DNA from: Azolla caroliniana
Taxonomy: Eukaryota > Plantae > Polypodiophyta
Length of the DNA: 64,000 bases
NCBI GenBank assembly: GCA_043228905.1
Contig: JBHGNT010000013.1
Location: 6,634,001-6,698,000 of the forward strand
Direction of reading: 5' to 3'
The notes beneath the pieces were generated by a model. The model saw only the letters and a program-made list of their open reading frames with translations. It made no database searches and was not told the DNA's origin. Position numbers and translations under genes: made by a program. Positions 20,934 to 32,834 of this stretch are shown here, in pieces (the first letter of the stretch is position 1; every line of letters starts with the position of its first letter).

Positions 20934-23900
20934 CTGCTCTCACTTCGCATAAAAATGAGCAACAACATTTAAACTGTTCGCCCTAAGTCATATTTATACA
21001 CATATGACTTTCGGGCTATTTACAAATATAGCCTCAAGGGCTCTTGGCAAAACATATTCACAAATATGTCCCCGCATCCGGATCTCTCTCCGGGTACATT
21101 CGTCATCCGGCTCCGTAACCGGGGTCTTCAGCATCCGGCTCCGTAGCCGGGGTATTCATCTTCCGGCTCCGTAGCCGGGGTCTTCATCATCCGGCTCCGT
21201 AGCAAGGGTCTTCAGCATCCAGCTCCGTAGCCGGGGTATTCATCATCCGGCTCCGTAGCCGGGGTCTTCATCATCCGGCTCTGTAGCCAGGGTCTTCATC
21301 ATCCGGCTCCGTAACCGCAACCGGGCTTGCCGTCATTCATCTCCGGACATCCCATCCGGAGGGACCGAAATCCCAACAAACTCCCCCTTCACTTCGGCAT
21401 GGGATGTCTCTCCAATCCGATCCTCTTCCGGCATGCTTCCCAGCTTGTCGGGTGTGAGCACTTTGGTCCGCATATCTGAGCCGTTCTCGTCCGTGTGGAT
21501 CTTCGTCAGCACGAACTCCTGGTCTTCTATCCTTTCCCGGATCCAGTGATATCTTCGCTGGATGTGCTTCGTCCGGGAGTGATAGGCCGCGTTCTTCGCA
21601 AGGTGGATGGCACTCTGACTGTCGCAGTAGAGTCGGTACTCCTCCTGCCGGATACCGAGCTCTCTAATGAAGTCCTTCATCCATATCATTTCCTTGCCGG
21701 CTTCAACAGCCGCCATGTACTCCGCCTCCGTGGTTGACAACGCAACCGTCTTCTGCAGCCTCGACTGCCACGAAACAGCTCCCCCTGCATACGTCATCAC
21801 ATACCCTGATGTGGACCGGCTGGTATCTGCATCAGCCGACATATCCGAATCGGTAAAGCCGTCGAGTTCGGGCTTACCGGAGCCGAATCGGAGGCACACG
21901 TTTGCCGTGCCCTTCAGGTATCGGAGTATCCACTTGACCGCGTTCCAGTGCTCCTTGCCGGGATTGCTCATGTACCGGCTCACCACAACGACTGCGTATC
22001 CTATGTCCGGTCTTGTACACACCATTGCGTACATCAAGCTTCCGATGGCAGAGGCATATGGTACTTTCATCATGTCCTCTTTCTCAGCCTTTGTCTTGGG
22101 GCTTTGCTTGCTGGACAACTTGCAGTTTGCCGGGAGAGTTGATCCGACCGGTCTTGCTTCCGACATGTTGAACCGGTGAAGCACCTTTGTTACGTACTTC
22201 TCCTGTGACAGCCACAACTGCTTCTTCTTCCGGTCTCGGATGATGTGCATCCCTAGTATTTGCCTCGCCGGACCCAGGTCCTTCATTGAGAAGGTTCGGT
22301 GAAGTGCTTTCTTCAGCATCCGTATCTTGCCCTGGTCCCGTCCGACGATCAACATGTCGTCCACGTACAGGAGGAGTATTAGAGAGTCTCCTCCTTCGAA
22401 CTTCTTCACAAACACGCAGTGATCGGACTGCGTTTTGTGGTACCCCTCGTCGGTCATGAAGGAGTCAAACTTCCGGTACCATTGCCGGGGACCCTGCTTC
22501 AGTCCGTAAAGGCTCTTCTTCAACCGGCATACCAGGTGCTCCTTCCCTTTCTTCTCGAATCCTTCCGGTTGCTGCATGTAGATCTCTTCTTCGAGGTCAC
22601 CGTGAAGGAATGCCGTCTTCACGTCCATCTGTTCTACCTCGAGGTCCATGCTTGCCGCTATGCTCAGCACCGTCCGGATGGAGGTCATCTTCACTACCGG
22701 GGCAAATATCTCGTCGAAGTCGACGCCCTTCTTCTGCTGGAACCCCTTCACCACGATCCTGGCTTTGTATCTCGGGGGGTTTCCGGCATCTCCCGGTTTC
22801 AGCTTGAACACCCACTTGTTTCGAAGTGCCCGCTTTCCTTTCGGCAACTCCACAAGTTCATATGTGTGGTTCTCATGCAGGGAATCCATCTCCTCCTGCA
22901 TGGCACTTAACCACCTGCGGCTATGGGTGTCGTGCTTTGCTTCTTCAAAGCTCTCCGGATCCCCCTCGTCGGTTAGCAGCACGTGCTCTGGTTCCGGAAA
23001 TCTCCGGGGGGCCCTTCTCTCTCTTAGAGGATATCTCCGTTCCGGAGCTTCGGTAACCGGCCCTTCCGTTTCCTCTTCATCCGAATCCATTTCGGGATCG
23101 GGGCCGGTTCCGGTATCAGTTTCATCTTCCTCGGCCGGTTCTGTTTCTTCACCGTCTTCGGCCGGATCCTCGAGTGCTAACCGGTCCCTTGCCGGTCGGG
23201 ACTACTCCTCGTAGAGTTTATCCTCACCGGTCGACTTGGTGCTCTTCATCTTCTTCTCCGACTCCCAGTCGGCGAGTGTCTTGTCCTCCATGAAGATGAT
23301 ATCTTGACTCCTGAATATCTTCTTGTCGACCGGGTCCCATACTCGGTAGCCGAACTCGTCGTCGCCGTAACCGAGGAATATGCATGGCCGGGTCTTTGGA
23401 TCTAACTTTCCTCTCCGGTCCTTTGCCACATGCACGTATGCGAGACACCCGAACACCTTCAGATGCCAGTAGGACACTTCCTTACCAGTCCACACTTTCT
23501 GCGGCGTGTCCCCGTCCAAAGGTACTGAGGGTGATCTATTTATCACATACGTCGCCGTCGACATTGCCTCAGCCCAAAACCCCTTGGGTAATTTCGCATG
23601 CGCCAGCATACTCCGGACCCTCTCCATTATGGTCCGGTTCATCCTCTCGGCCAGCCCGTTCAGTTCCGGCGTCTTCGGCACAGTAAACTCGAGCCGGATT
23701 CCCTTCGAGCGACAGTACTCCTGGAACTGCCCCCGGTATTCCCCTCCGTTATCCGCTCGTATCGCTTTCAGCTTCTTGCCGGATTCCCTTTCCACTCTCG
23801 CGTGAAGTTCTTTGAAGACGCACAACACTTGGTCCTTTGTCTTCAACGGTGCCGTCCACAGCTTCCGGCTGTGGTCATCAATGAATGTCACGAAGTACTG

Positions 23901-25758
23901 GGCTCCGCCATGTGACTTCGTTTCTACTTGACACACGTCAGTGTGCACCAGCTCCAATGGTGCGCTACGTCTCGTCGGTGGCCTTGAGTGGAAGGAGGTC
24001 CGGTTTTGCTTACCGGCCAGGCAGTCGGTGCACTTCTCCAGGTGCACATGCTTCACTGGAATAAGGTTGTCTTCTGCAAGCCTCTTCATCCCCTTCTCAC
24101 TCATGTGGCACAGTCTCTTGTGCCACAGCTCACCGGCAGTGTCGGCTGCCACGTTCAGCTCCTCCGGACATAGCCGGGAATTCATCAGGTACAGTGTGTT
24201 GACCTTCCGGGCCCGAGCCACTATCAGGCTCCCCTTGCTGAACTTCATGACACCGTTCCGGATGCTACCCGTGTAGCCTTCATCATCTAGCCTCCCGGCC
24301 GAGATCAGGTTCAATCGGACCTCCGGAACGTGTCGCACATCCTTCAGCAGCATCTTGCATCCGGTTGATGTCATCAGCCACACGTCTCCTATGCCGGCAA
24401 TCCGGCATGTGCCTTCATTTCCCATCCGGACACAGCCGTGCTCACCGGTTGTGTAGGATGAGAAGTATTTCTTCTCCGGGGTCAGGTGGAACGACGCTCC
24501 GGAATCGACCACCCAGGTCATCTCTACACTGGCAAGGTTCATCTCCCTCTCTTCGGTAATGAGCATTATCTCTTCTTCACTTGCCGCAAGTGCCGTCGTT
24601 CCTTTCCGGTCCTGCCCTCGCCGATCCGGACCTCTCCGGTCCGTGGCTCCCCGGTATGCACCGTTTCTCTCCGGTGACTTCTTCGAATCGGTGTCGTCGG
24701 CTCCGTTGTCCTTTCGGTAATGCCGACAATTCTTCCGGAAGTGCCCCGGCTTCCCACAGTGGAAGCATGTGGGCCTTCCTCTTGACTGCGACCGGGTCCC
24801 CGACTTCTCCCGTCTTTGCGGACTCCGGTTCCATTGTCTTCCCCGATTCGATTCGGTAAGCAGCATCTTCGGATCGGAAACCGGTTCTTTATCTCTCCGA
24901 CGCGCTTCTTCGTTCAAAATGCTTGTCTTTACCGTTTGTAGAGACAAGTTATCTTCGGTGCAGGAGGTGCTGAGAGTCACCACCAAGTTCTCCCAGCTTT
25001 CCGGCAATGTGCACATCAGAATGATGGCTTGCATTGCATCCTCCAACGGGAACTTGATCGCCGCAAGCTGGTTCATGAATCCCATGAACGTGCTCACGTG
25101 TTCCACCATATTCTCACCGTCCCGGTACTTGAGGTTCACTGTCTTCCTCATCAGGGAGGTCCGGTTCAACGCATTCTTCCTCTCGTAGAGGCCCGACAGC
25201 TTCTTCCACATCTCATATGCGTTGGTGTCGTTTGCCACATGTTGTAGGACGCTTACATCGACATATTGCCGAATCGTCGCTACGGCTTTCCGGTTCAGGA
25301 GCTTCCACTCCGACTCTATTACTCCCTTGGGTATCTCGGCATTGTCGATTGGTTCGTACAGGTCTCGGACGATGAGAAGGTCTTCCATCTTTATCTTCCA
25401 GTCGGCGTAGTTCTGTGACTTCAACACCATCATGCCCGGAGGCCCACTACCGCCGCCTTCCATTTTCTGTGTTAACCTCGCTCTGATACCACTTTGTTGA
25501 AAAACAGTGCTCGGCCACAACCGAGGAATAGGATCAACTCACAGAAAACGGGAAATACAAAGTGCACGGGGACAATAGAGAGAAAGGTACACTGGATATT
25601 TTACGTGGAAAACCCTAAATGGGAAAAACCACGGGAGTCCTCATACTCCAACTATCTCTATGAACAGGGATGTACACTGGTGAAGCTACAAGGCAACAAC
25701 CTTGAGCTCACTGTCTTCGCCACAGGCGGCGGTAATACACAGAGGCAACGACCTCTTC

Positions 25759-25801
<43 letters not shown>

Positions 25802-26217
25802 CTGCTCTCACTTCGCATAAAAATGAGCAACAACGTTTAAACTGTTTGCCCTAAGTCATATTTATACACATATGACTTTCGGGCTATTTACAAATATAGC
25901 CTCAAGGGCTCTTGGCAAAACATATTCACAAATATGTCCCCGCATCCGGATCTCTCTCCGGGTACATTCGTCATCCGGCTCCGTAACCGGGGTCTTCAGC
26001 ATCCGGCTCCGTAGCCGGGGAATTCATCATCCGGCTCCGTAGCCGGGGTCTTCATCATCCGGCTCCGTAGCAAGGGTCTTCAGCATCCGGCTCCGTAGCC
26101 GGGGTATTCATCATCCGGCTCCGTACCCGGGTCTTCATCATCCGGCTCCGTAACCGCAACCGGGCTTGCCGTCATTCATCTCCGGACATCCCATCCGGAG
26201 GGACCGAAATCCCAACA
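20635..26217 (-). mobile_element. Copia A2 full-length element inserted in G1 gag; LTRs 20635-21378 and 25495-26217; PBS 25480-25491
   Basis: TSD AGGTC at 20630-20634 and 26218-26222; TG..CA LTRs; PPT 21379-21388. Confidence 0.97.
21389..25463 (-). pseudogene. A2 gag-pol with a premature stop (23202-23204) and a +1 frameshift near 21440
   Basis: Colinear with A1; CAG>TAG after KLYEE; extra C in cttcccagc. Confidence 0.93.
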
Positions 26218-26222
26218 AGGTC

Positions 26223-27344
26223 TTCATCGGACGGTAACGCCCGTTGAAGTGCGCCCAGTGTGAGCCAGGAGCTTGTCTTTTCCATCTCTTTCACCTGGTC
26301 GATGGTACTTGTGCGGAAATCGATTACCGTGCAAACCGTGCGTAGGGGTTGCCGGAGCGCGTTTAGGAATATCGTCCGTAATTCCTCCTCCGGGGGTGCA
26401 CGGGCAAGCTGACTATGCATCCGTTGAAACCGGATGAAAAATTGTGGAATGCTCTCCCCTGCCTCTTGCCGGATGGTATAAAATAAGCCTACCATTACGG
26501 TCTGGTCCACCTCCTTTTGAAAAAAATGCATGAATTTAGCTTTTAAATCTGCAAAGGTGTTGATGGTAGACGGGTCCTGCGTCCGGCGCCATCTTGTTGT
26601 CGGTCCCTCCAATGTGACGCCAAACTCTGCTATCTTAGAGCGTTCTTCTTCCTCCGGTGTCAGTCGCTGGGACACATGGTTGGCTTCCCATGTCTGTTCA
26701 AAGGCGTGCACATGAGCTTCCGCGTCCGGATCATCTCTATACTGGAACGACATGTCATCGTCCGGTATCGGTGCGCGGGCTGGTAGTGTTGGTGCTCGTT
26801 CCGGAATTTTCTCTGGTGTCGGTGGTCTTTCCCGATTTGATTCCGGTGTTGGTTGTTTCTCTTCCTTTGGTGAGGGAGGCCTCTCCTCTTCGACTTCCGG
26901 TGTCGGAGGTCGTTCTTCTTCTGCTGGTTCCTGGGGTTCCAGCGTTAGCACTTTCGGTTCCGGTTCCGGTGTCGGTAAGGTATCTGATCCTTCGTCCTCC
27001 GGTTCGCCCGGGGTTTCGTTACTGCTACGGTAGTTCGTGTGCACGCTGTATTCCCCTTCGGAGTCCGATTCATATGCTGAAAAGGCCTTTGCTTCGCCTT
27101 CTCCGTTTGCCAACACGTGGAGAAGGGATTCGGTTTCCCGGAGGCTGCTTAGGCTGCTGCCGTCGTCCGGGTGCGATGTTTGCTGTAACCAGAGGGAGTT
27201 CTCCGCTACTCTCCGGATTACGTTGGAAAATGAGCGATCCGCTCTAATTTCCTGCGCCGCTTGCTAGAAAGCCTCGCGTCTGCTTTGCCTTTCGGCAAGG
27301 TGTCGAGTTCGATCTGTAACCAGGTCGTGCGTTGATCTAGACAT
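26223..27344 (-). pseudogene. G1 gag N-terminal part
   Basis: ATG at 27344 in frame with the 26172-27116 ORF, stop at 27264-27266; DAEAHVHAFEQTW..LEGP..IRQEAGESIPQFFIRF capsid-like motifs. Confidence 0.85.
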
Positions 27345-27380
27345 CCATCCGTGCCGTCGTTCGCTGCAAAAATAGGAATC

Positions 27381-27390
27381 GTGGTCGCCA
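27381..27390 (-). promoter_or_regulatory. G1 PBS (probably tRNA-Arg UCG)
   Basis: TGGCGACCAC 5 nt (GTTTT) after the 5' LTR; complementary to the recalled plant tRNA-Arg(UCG) end GTGGTCG-CCA. Confidence 0.8.
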
Positions 27391-27395
27391 AAAAC

Positions 27396-27831
27396 TGTGT
27401 TAACTCTTCGGGCCGGACAATGGCCTAACACAGGGTGTCTACGTGAGACACTTCACCAAAGGGTGTTACGGCAACCGGATTAGACTTCAACGCTTAATCC
27501 GACTTAGTTAAGTTACTTATTAGGATCGTCTTTCATAACACGCGTAAGATATAACAATTAAGACAGAACGGCAATTAACACAGAGAGATAACAACGCTTA
27601 AGCTTTCATTAATTAACCGCTAACTATTACATTGTATCCGGGCCTTTAAATAGGTTTCCGGTCTGTATTACAAAACGGTGCCATCCGCACCTGTTCGGGA
27701 TCGGTCTGGATCTGGAACGGCATACCGATTCCAGTCCATCCGTCCACACTCATAGCTTAATTACAACCACATTCCTACTACTTAATTAGCTCTCCGTTTC
27801 CCACTCTGGACTCCTTTGCCGGCCGGTAACA
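27396..27831 (-). repeat. G1 5' LTR (436 bp)
   Basis: TGTTACCGG..TTAACACA on the minus strand. Confidence 0.96.
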
Positions 27832-30800
27832 ACCCGTGTAGCAGAAGTGTGTGAGCCGGAGAGCTACGCAGAAGCGGCTAAAAACGCGAATTGGCGTGCC
27901 GCGATGGAGGAAGAGATGCACGCATTGGCGGAGAACGAGACCTGCGACCTGGTTGACGCACCAACAGGGGTAAAACCGATCGGGTGTAGCTAGGGGTGTA
28001 CAAGGTCAAGTACAACACCGATGGCTCGATCAACCGGTACAAGGCTCGGCTAGTGGCAAAGGGCTACGCGCAGAAACAGGGCATCGACTACGATGAGACG
28101 TTTGCGCCGGTCGTGAAAATGACGACCGTCCGTGTTTTGCTCACAGTAGCTGTGGCGAAGGGGTGGCGCCTACATCAGATGGATGTAAAGAATGCGTTCC
28201 TGCAAGGTGACCTTGAGGAACAGGTGTACATGGTACAGCCTCCCGGATGTCACTCTGGAACGAACTCCTCGGCAGTATGCCGACTGAAGAAGTCCCTTTA
28301 CGGACTGAAGCAAGCCCCGCGTGCCTGGAACGCGAAGATCACACAACAACTGCGTCGGATGGGCTTCATCACGTCAAAATCGGACTCTTCCCTGTTCATC
28401 CGGAAAGGTCGACTCGGACCGGTTAGTATTTTACTATATGTTGATGACTTGGTCATCACCGGAACCGACCTAGGTGAAATCGACCGCGTGAAGCTCCAGC
28501 TTGCAGCATCGTTCGACATGAAGGATCTGGAGGACCTTCATTACTTCCTCGGGATCGAAGTGATCCGTACCCCCGAAGCCATATTAATCAGCCAACGTCA
28601 CTACGTGCTGAGTATGCTCTTCAAATTCGGGATGGCCGACTGTAACACCGTCTCAACTCCTCTGGACAGAACCGTCAAGCTTCGTCCCGATACGGGAAAG
28701 GTATGCGACCCGACGAGGTTCCGACAAATTTTCGGAAGCCTCATATACTTGACCATCACCCGACCTGACCTCAGTTATCCAGTCGGGGTGATCAGTCAGT
28801 TCATGGCGTGACCTACCGAGGAGCACCTTTAGTGTGCGCAACGCGTACTGCGGTACGTAAGCGGCACTAAGGACCGCGGACTGCTATATCGGACCGGTGC
28901 AGCCGAGCAGTTAGTCGGCTACACCAATGCTGATTGGGCTGGCAATGCTGCCGATCGCCGATCCACGATCCACGTCCGGATACGCGTTCTCCCTCGGGAG
29001 TGCCACGATCGCGTGGAGGAGTAAGAAGCAGCCGACAGTTGCACTGTCGAGCACCGAAGCTGAGTACCGAGGAGCGGTTGTCACGACATGCGAAGCCATA
29101 TGGTTGAAGCGGCTACTTAAGGACCTGCAAGAGGAGGTGTCAGATCCGACAACGATCTACTGCGACAACCTCCGCAGCATCCAGCTCTCGAAAAACCCCG
29201 TTTTCCACGCATGAACCAAGCACATTGAAGTGCACTACCATTTCGTCCGTGAGCGTGTCCTTTCCGGTGAAGTCAAACTTCAGTATGTTTCGACGGCTCG
29301 GCAGACTGCCGACATCTTCACCAAGCCTCTTGGTCTGGACAAGTTGCGGCAATTCTCCGGTGCGCTCGGATTGCGTCACCTCGACGTGCAAAACTTGAGG
29401 GGGAGAACAGTCCCGAACGACCAAGCAAGGCAGTAGGAAAGGAGCGGAGGCCGCGACACCGAGTCGGTTGACTCGACTGTTGACTCGGTTGTCGAGTTCG
29501 ACTTCGGATCGGCTAAAGAAGCTGAGGGCGGACCCGTGGAAAAGTCCGAAAGCGGACAGAAGGGGAGCAGCCGAAGGAGAGAGCTGAAGCCAACCACGCA
29601 TGGGGAAGATGATGCCACCGAGGGCGAGAAGACCGAAGAAGAGTTGGAGACAGCCAACTCAGACGAGAGCGAAAACCGATCGGGTGTAGCCAAGTCGGTT
29701 CGGATGGTTGATTCAGATACGTTGAATCAACCGAGGCCCAAGCGGAAGAAAAGGCAACAGAAGAAGCGTCGACACCGCAAGAACAGAAGAGCTGATAAGG
29801 GCCGCATGAGCAGACAAGCCGACCGGAAGGGTCGAAGTGCGCGGAGTCGAACAGGTCGAGGAGCGCGAGCGAGGCATGAAGCCAAGAGGAACCAAAGCTG
29901 TGAGCCCGAGGATCCCGAAGAGCCTCGAGTTGAGCTTGAGGGGGAGTGTTGAGAGACAAGCTCAACATCGGCCGGATCGGCTGAAGAAGCCGAGGACCGG
30001 ATCGGTTGGGACCGATCGGTTAGGCCGAGTGCGTAAACCGGGAGGCCGTTAGGAAAGATATTCCGTGATGAATATATTTGGGAGTTAGTGTAGGAGCTCT
30101 TAAAGAGCATTGAAGTATGGTCAGTACTTTGGTCAGTCCTTCGAGGACTTGTATAAAAGTGTTCATGGAACACACATATGTATAGAGTGGTGAATAGAGA
30201 TTGTGTACTTCTGTTATATATTTTTGTGTCTTCTCTCTCACTCCCTATGTCTCTCCCGCGTATACCGTGTCAGCTCAAGCTCTCCATTGAACCTGAGTTT
30301 CCTTCCTTCTGTTCCGTCTTCATACTTGCTTCCGGACGTTACGTTCTACAAATCCAAACCCCACTTTTGGAACGGCTCAAGCGGTAACATTGGGTGATGT
30401 GGAATATGAGCCAATTCATGAGGTTGGCCAGAGCGTTGATAGGCGTTGCAAGTCTTGGTGAAGGCCGCGGCATCACGACTGACCGTTGGCCACCAAGGGC
30501 CGCTTTGCCAGACCTTGTGGGCGGTGATGTCCCCTGCATAGTGACCGCCTTCTATCCCAGTGTGGCAAGAGGTGAGAATATCGGTTATTTCATGGTGGCG
30601 GACTGCCCTACGCCAGATACCATCCGTCGGGCAAAAGTAGAGGATGTCGTCCAACAATAAAAAATTACATCTGCATGCCGCTAATTGTTTCCGCTCATCA
30701 CTGGGGAGGTGTGGCAGTTGCACACCGTTAGCCAAGAAGAAATCCATGTTGTCGAACCAGTAATTGGGGTCGTCGGGTATAGTAGGGGTGGTGGCGACAT

Positions 30801-32296
30801 GGAGGATGGAGGAGTCAGGAAGGTCATCTGGGACTTCCACCCCGCCTTCGCTGCATTCGAGCCGAGAGAGGAATCCGCAATGGCATGTTACGCGCCGGGT
30901 TGGTGAATGACGTCAAACTCAAATTCCTGAAGCAGTAGCGCCCATCGGGCCATTTTACCATTCAATGAGCTCTTAGCCGTGATGTAGAGCAACACGACGT
31001 GGTCCACGTGAAACGTGAATCTTCGCCCAAGCAAGTAGTGTCGGAACTTGATTACACTAAAAATAAGACCTAGGGCTTCATGTTCTGTTGTTGAGTAGTT
31101 GCGTTCGGCTGAGGAAAGACGTTGGCTTATATAGAATATTGGTCGGAACCAACGGGATTCAAATAGTTGCATCAAAACACTACTAATCGCAATATTCGAG
31201 GCGTCCACGAATACATGGAACGGCTCGTCCCAATGTGGTGGTTGCACTATAGGCGCATGGGAAAGGAGTATTTTGAGGGTGAACGCCTCTTGTTTGGTTA
31301 TAGTCCGACGAAACGACGTACAGTGGGCGACTCCATGGACAGGGCTTGCAAAATAGGCGAGGTAGCGCAAGACCCTATTGTACCAACGTACTTGTCCAAG
31401 GAACCGCATGAGGCCCTTGACATTGGTTGGAGTTGGGGCCACAAGGATTTCCTTGACTTTACTTGGGTCGATTGTGATGCCCTACTAGCTGATGATATGC
31501 CCAAGCAACATGCCACTGGATACCGCAAATGCACACTTCAAGGCGTTAAGGTGGAGCCGACTATTGTGACAACGTTCGAGGCATTTATCGAGATGTGCAA
31601 GGTTCTCGCCTTTGGAACCTAAGACTATAAAATCGTCTAGGAATACCTGGATAAACCCGGGTATGTATTCCTGGAAGATCTCCCTTATAATGTTGTCGTA
31701 AAGATTTTTGCCAATGGTGTGAAAATTGAATGGAATGTACAAAATCGAGTGTGGTTCTTCACACACAACATAAAACAATAATAGTGAAGATACTATTTTA
31801 TACTAGTTTAATATCTTGGTACAAAAAGATGGAGGTCTTCAAGAGCTTTTGAATACACTTTACCACATAAGAAACAGACAACTAAGTGACAAGTTATGTG
31901 GGTATGAAGTTTGCAAAGAGGTAGAAAAAAAAACAAAACTACGAGATATCCCACATAGACGGGATAAATAAAGATACCAGAGTATATAACCAGGACCAGA
32001 ATCTATTACTTTGTGTCTATGAGTGGATAATAGAATGTTCAAGGTGACTTGAGTTGAACTAATCGGATGAATGGGTGTGGCCTAACTACTTGTAAAGGTT
32101 TTGGCCGACCGGAACCGGATGGCAACCAGACGACGAGGGACAGGATCGGATCCGGCGAGATAGCGACGGTGACCGACAGGATTGGATTGAACCAGTCGGG
32201 ACAAACGGATCGGTTGGTTGATCATGGTGCATTTTTGAAGATTTTCGGTGTAAATATAAGACCAAAAGCCTTATAGTATTTGGTGTTTTAAAAGGG

Positions 32297-32366
32297 ATGT
32301 GAGCAAGGCTTGAACCTTGCACCTTCAAGTTGAAAGTCAATAGGCTTACTACTAAGCCAACTCATA
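32297..32366 (-). other. tRNA-derived / Pol III A-box and B-box-like sequence
   Basis: TGGCTTAGTAG and GGTTCAAGCC; stems GGCTTA/TAAGCC and GCAAGG/CCTTGC. Confidence 0.5.
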
Positions 32367-32481
32367 TCTTCAAAAGCTTTACTTTGATCATTTTACATGT
32401 AAATTCTCATACATGAGATCTTGAATGAGTGACATGGTTATAATGTAACACATGTAATACATGAGCGCCAAGTGGCAAACA

Positions 32482-32834
32482 TGCATCTCATGCATGTCTT
32501 GCACCCTCACAGGCATCATGTGCATGGGGGCATCTATAAAAGAGTGGATGGAGAGGAAAAACGGGCTAGGTATTAATCAAGAAATTAAGAGAAAGAAAAT
32601 TCGTTATTCCATTTTTGTGATGTATTAATCTTGTGCATCTCATGCATGTCTTGCACCCTCACAGGCATCATGTGCATGGGGGCATCTATAAAAGAGTGGA
32701 TGGAGAGGAAAAACGGGCTAGGTATTAATCAAGAAATTAAGAGAAAGAAAATTCGTTATTCCATTTTTGTGATGTATTAATCAAGAAATTAAGAGAAAGA
32801 AAATTCGTTATTCCATTTTTGTGATGTATTAATC
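32482..32834. repeat. 152-bp tandem duplication plus an extra 52-bp sub-repeat
   Basis: tgcatctcatgcatgtc at 32482 and 32634; aagaaattaagag..gtattaatc at 32579, 32731, 32783. Confidence 0.9.

Larger units (their letters stand above)
12648..27831 (-). mobile_element. Gypsy G1: non-chromovirus (Athila/Tat-related) LTR retrotransposon with 3' extra ORF; contains A2
   Basis: Direct LTRs, PBS, domain order gag-PR-RT-RH-INT, no chromodomain; left TSD lost. Confidence 0.95.
12585..30350 (+). mobile_element. Copia C, 3' half (B-related), split by G1: 12585-12647 and 27832-30350; RT-RNase H pseudogene to ~29436, PPT 29935-29946, 3' LTR 29947-30350
   Basis: RSTRQKNPVLRFGYNEYMANH continues as TRVAEVCEPESY after G1; [22 protein letters not shown]; LTR TGTTGAGA..TCTACA. 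Confidence 0.88.

Noticed and set aside
12648-27831. G1 as a chimera of two oppositely oriented elements explaining two PBSs
   Set aside because: LTRs are near-identical direct repeats, all ORFs are on one strand, and the same motif-LTR junction recurs in G2 and N.
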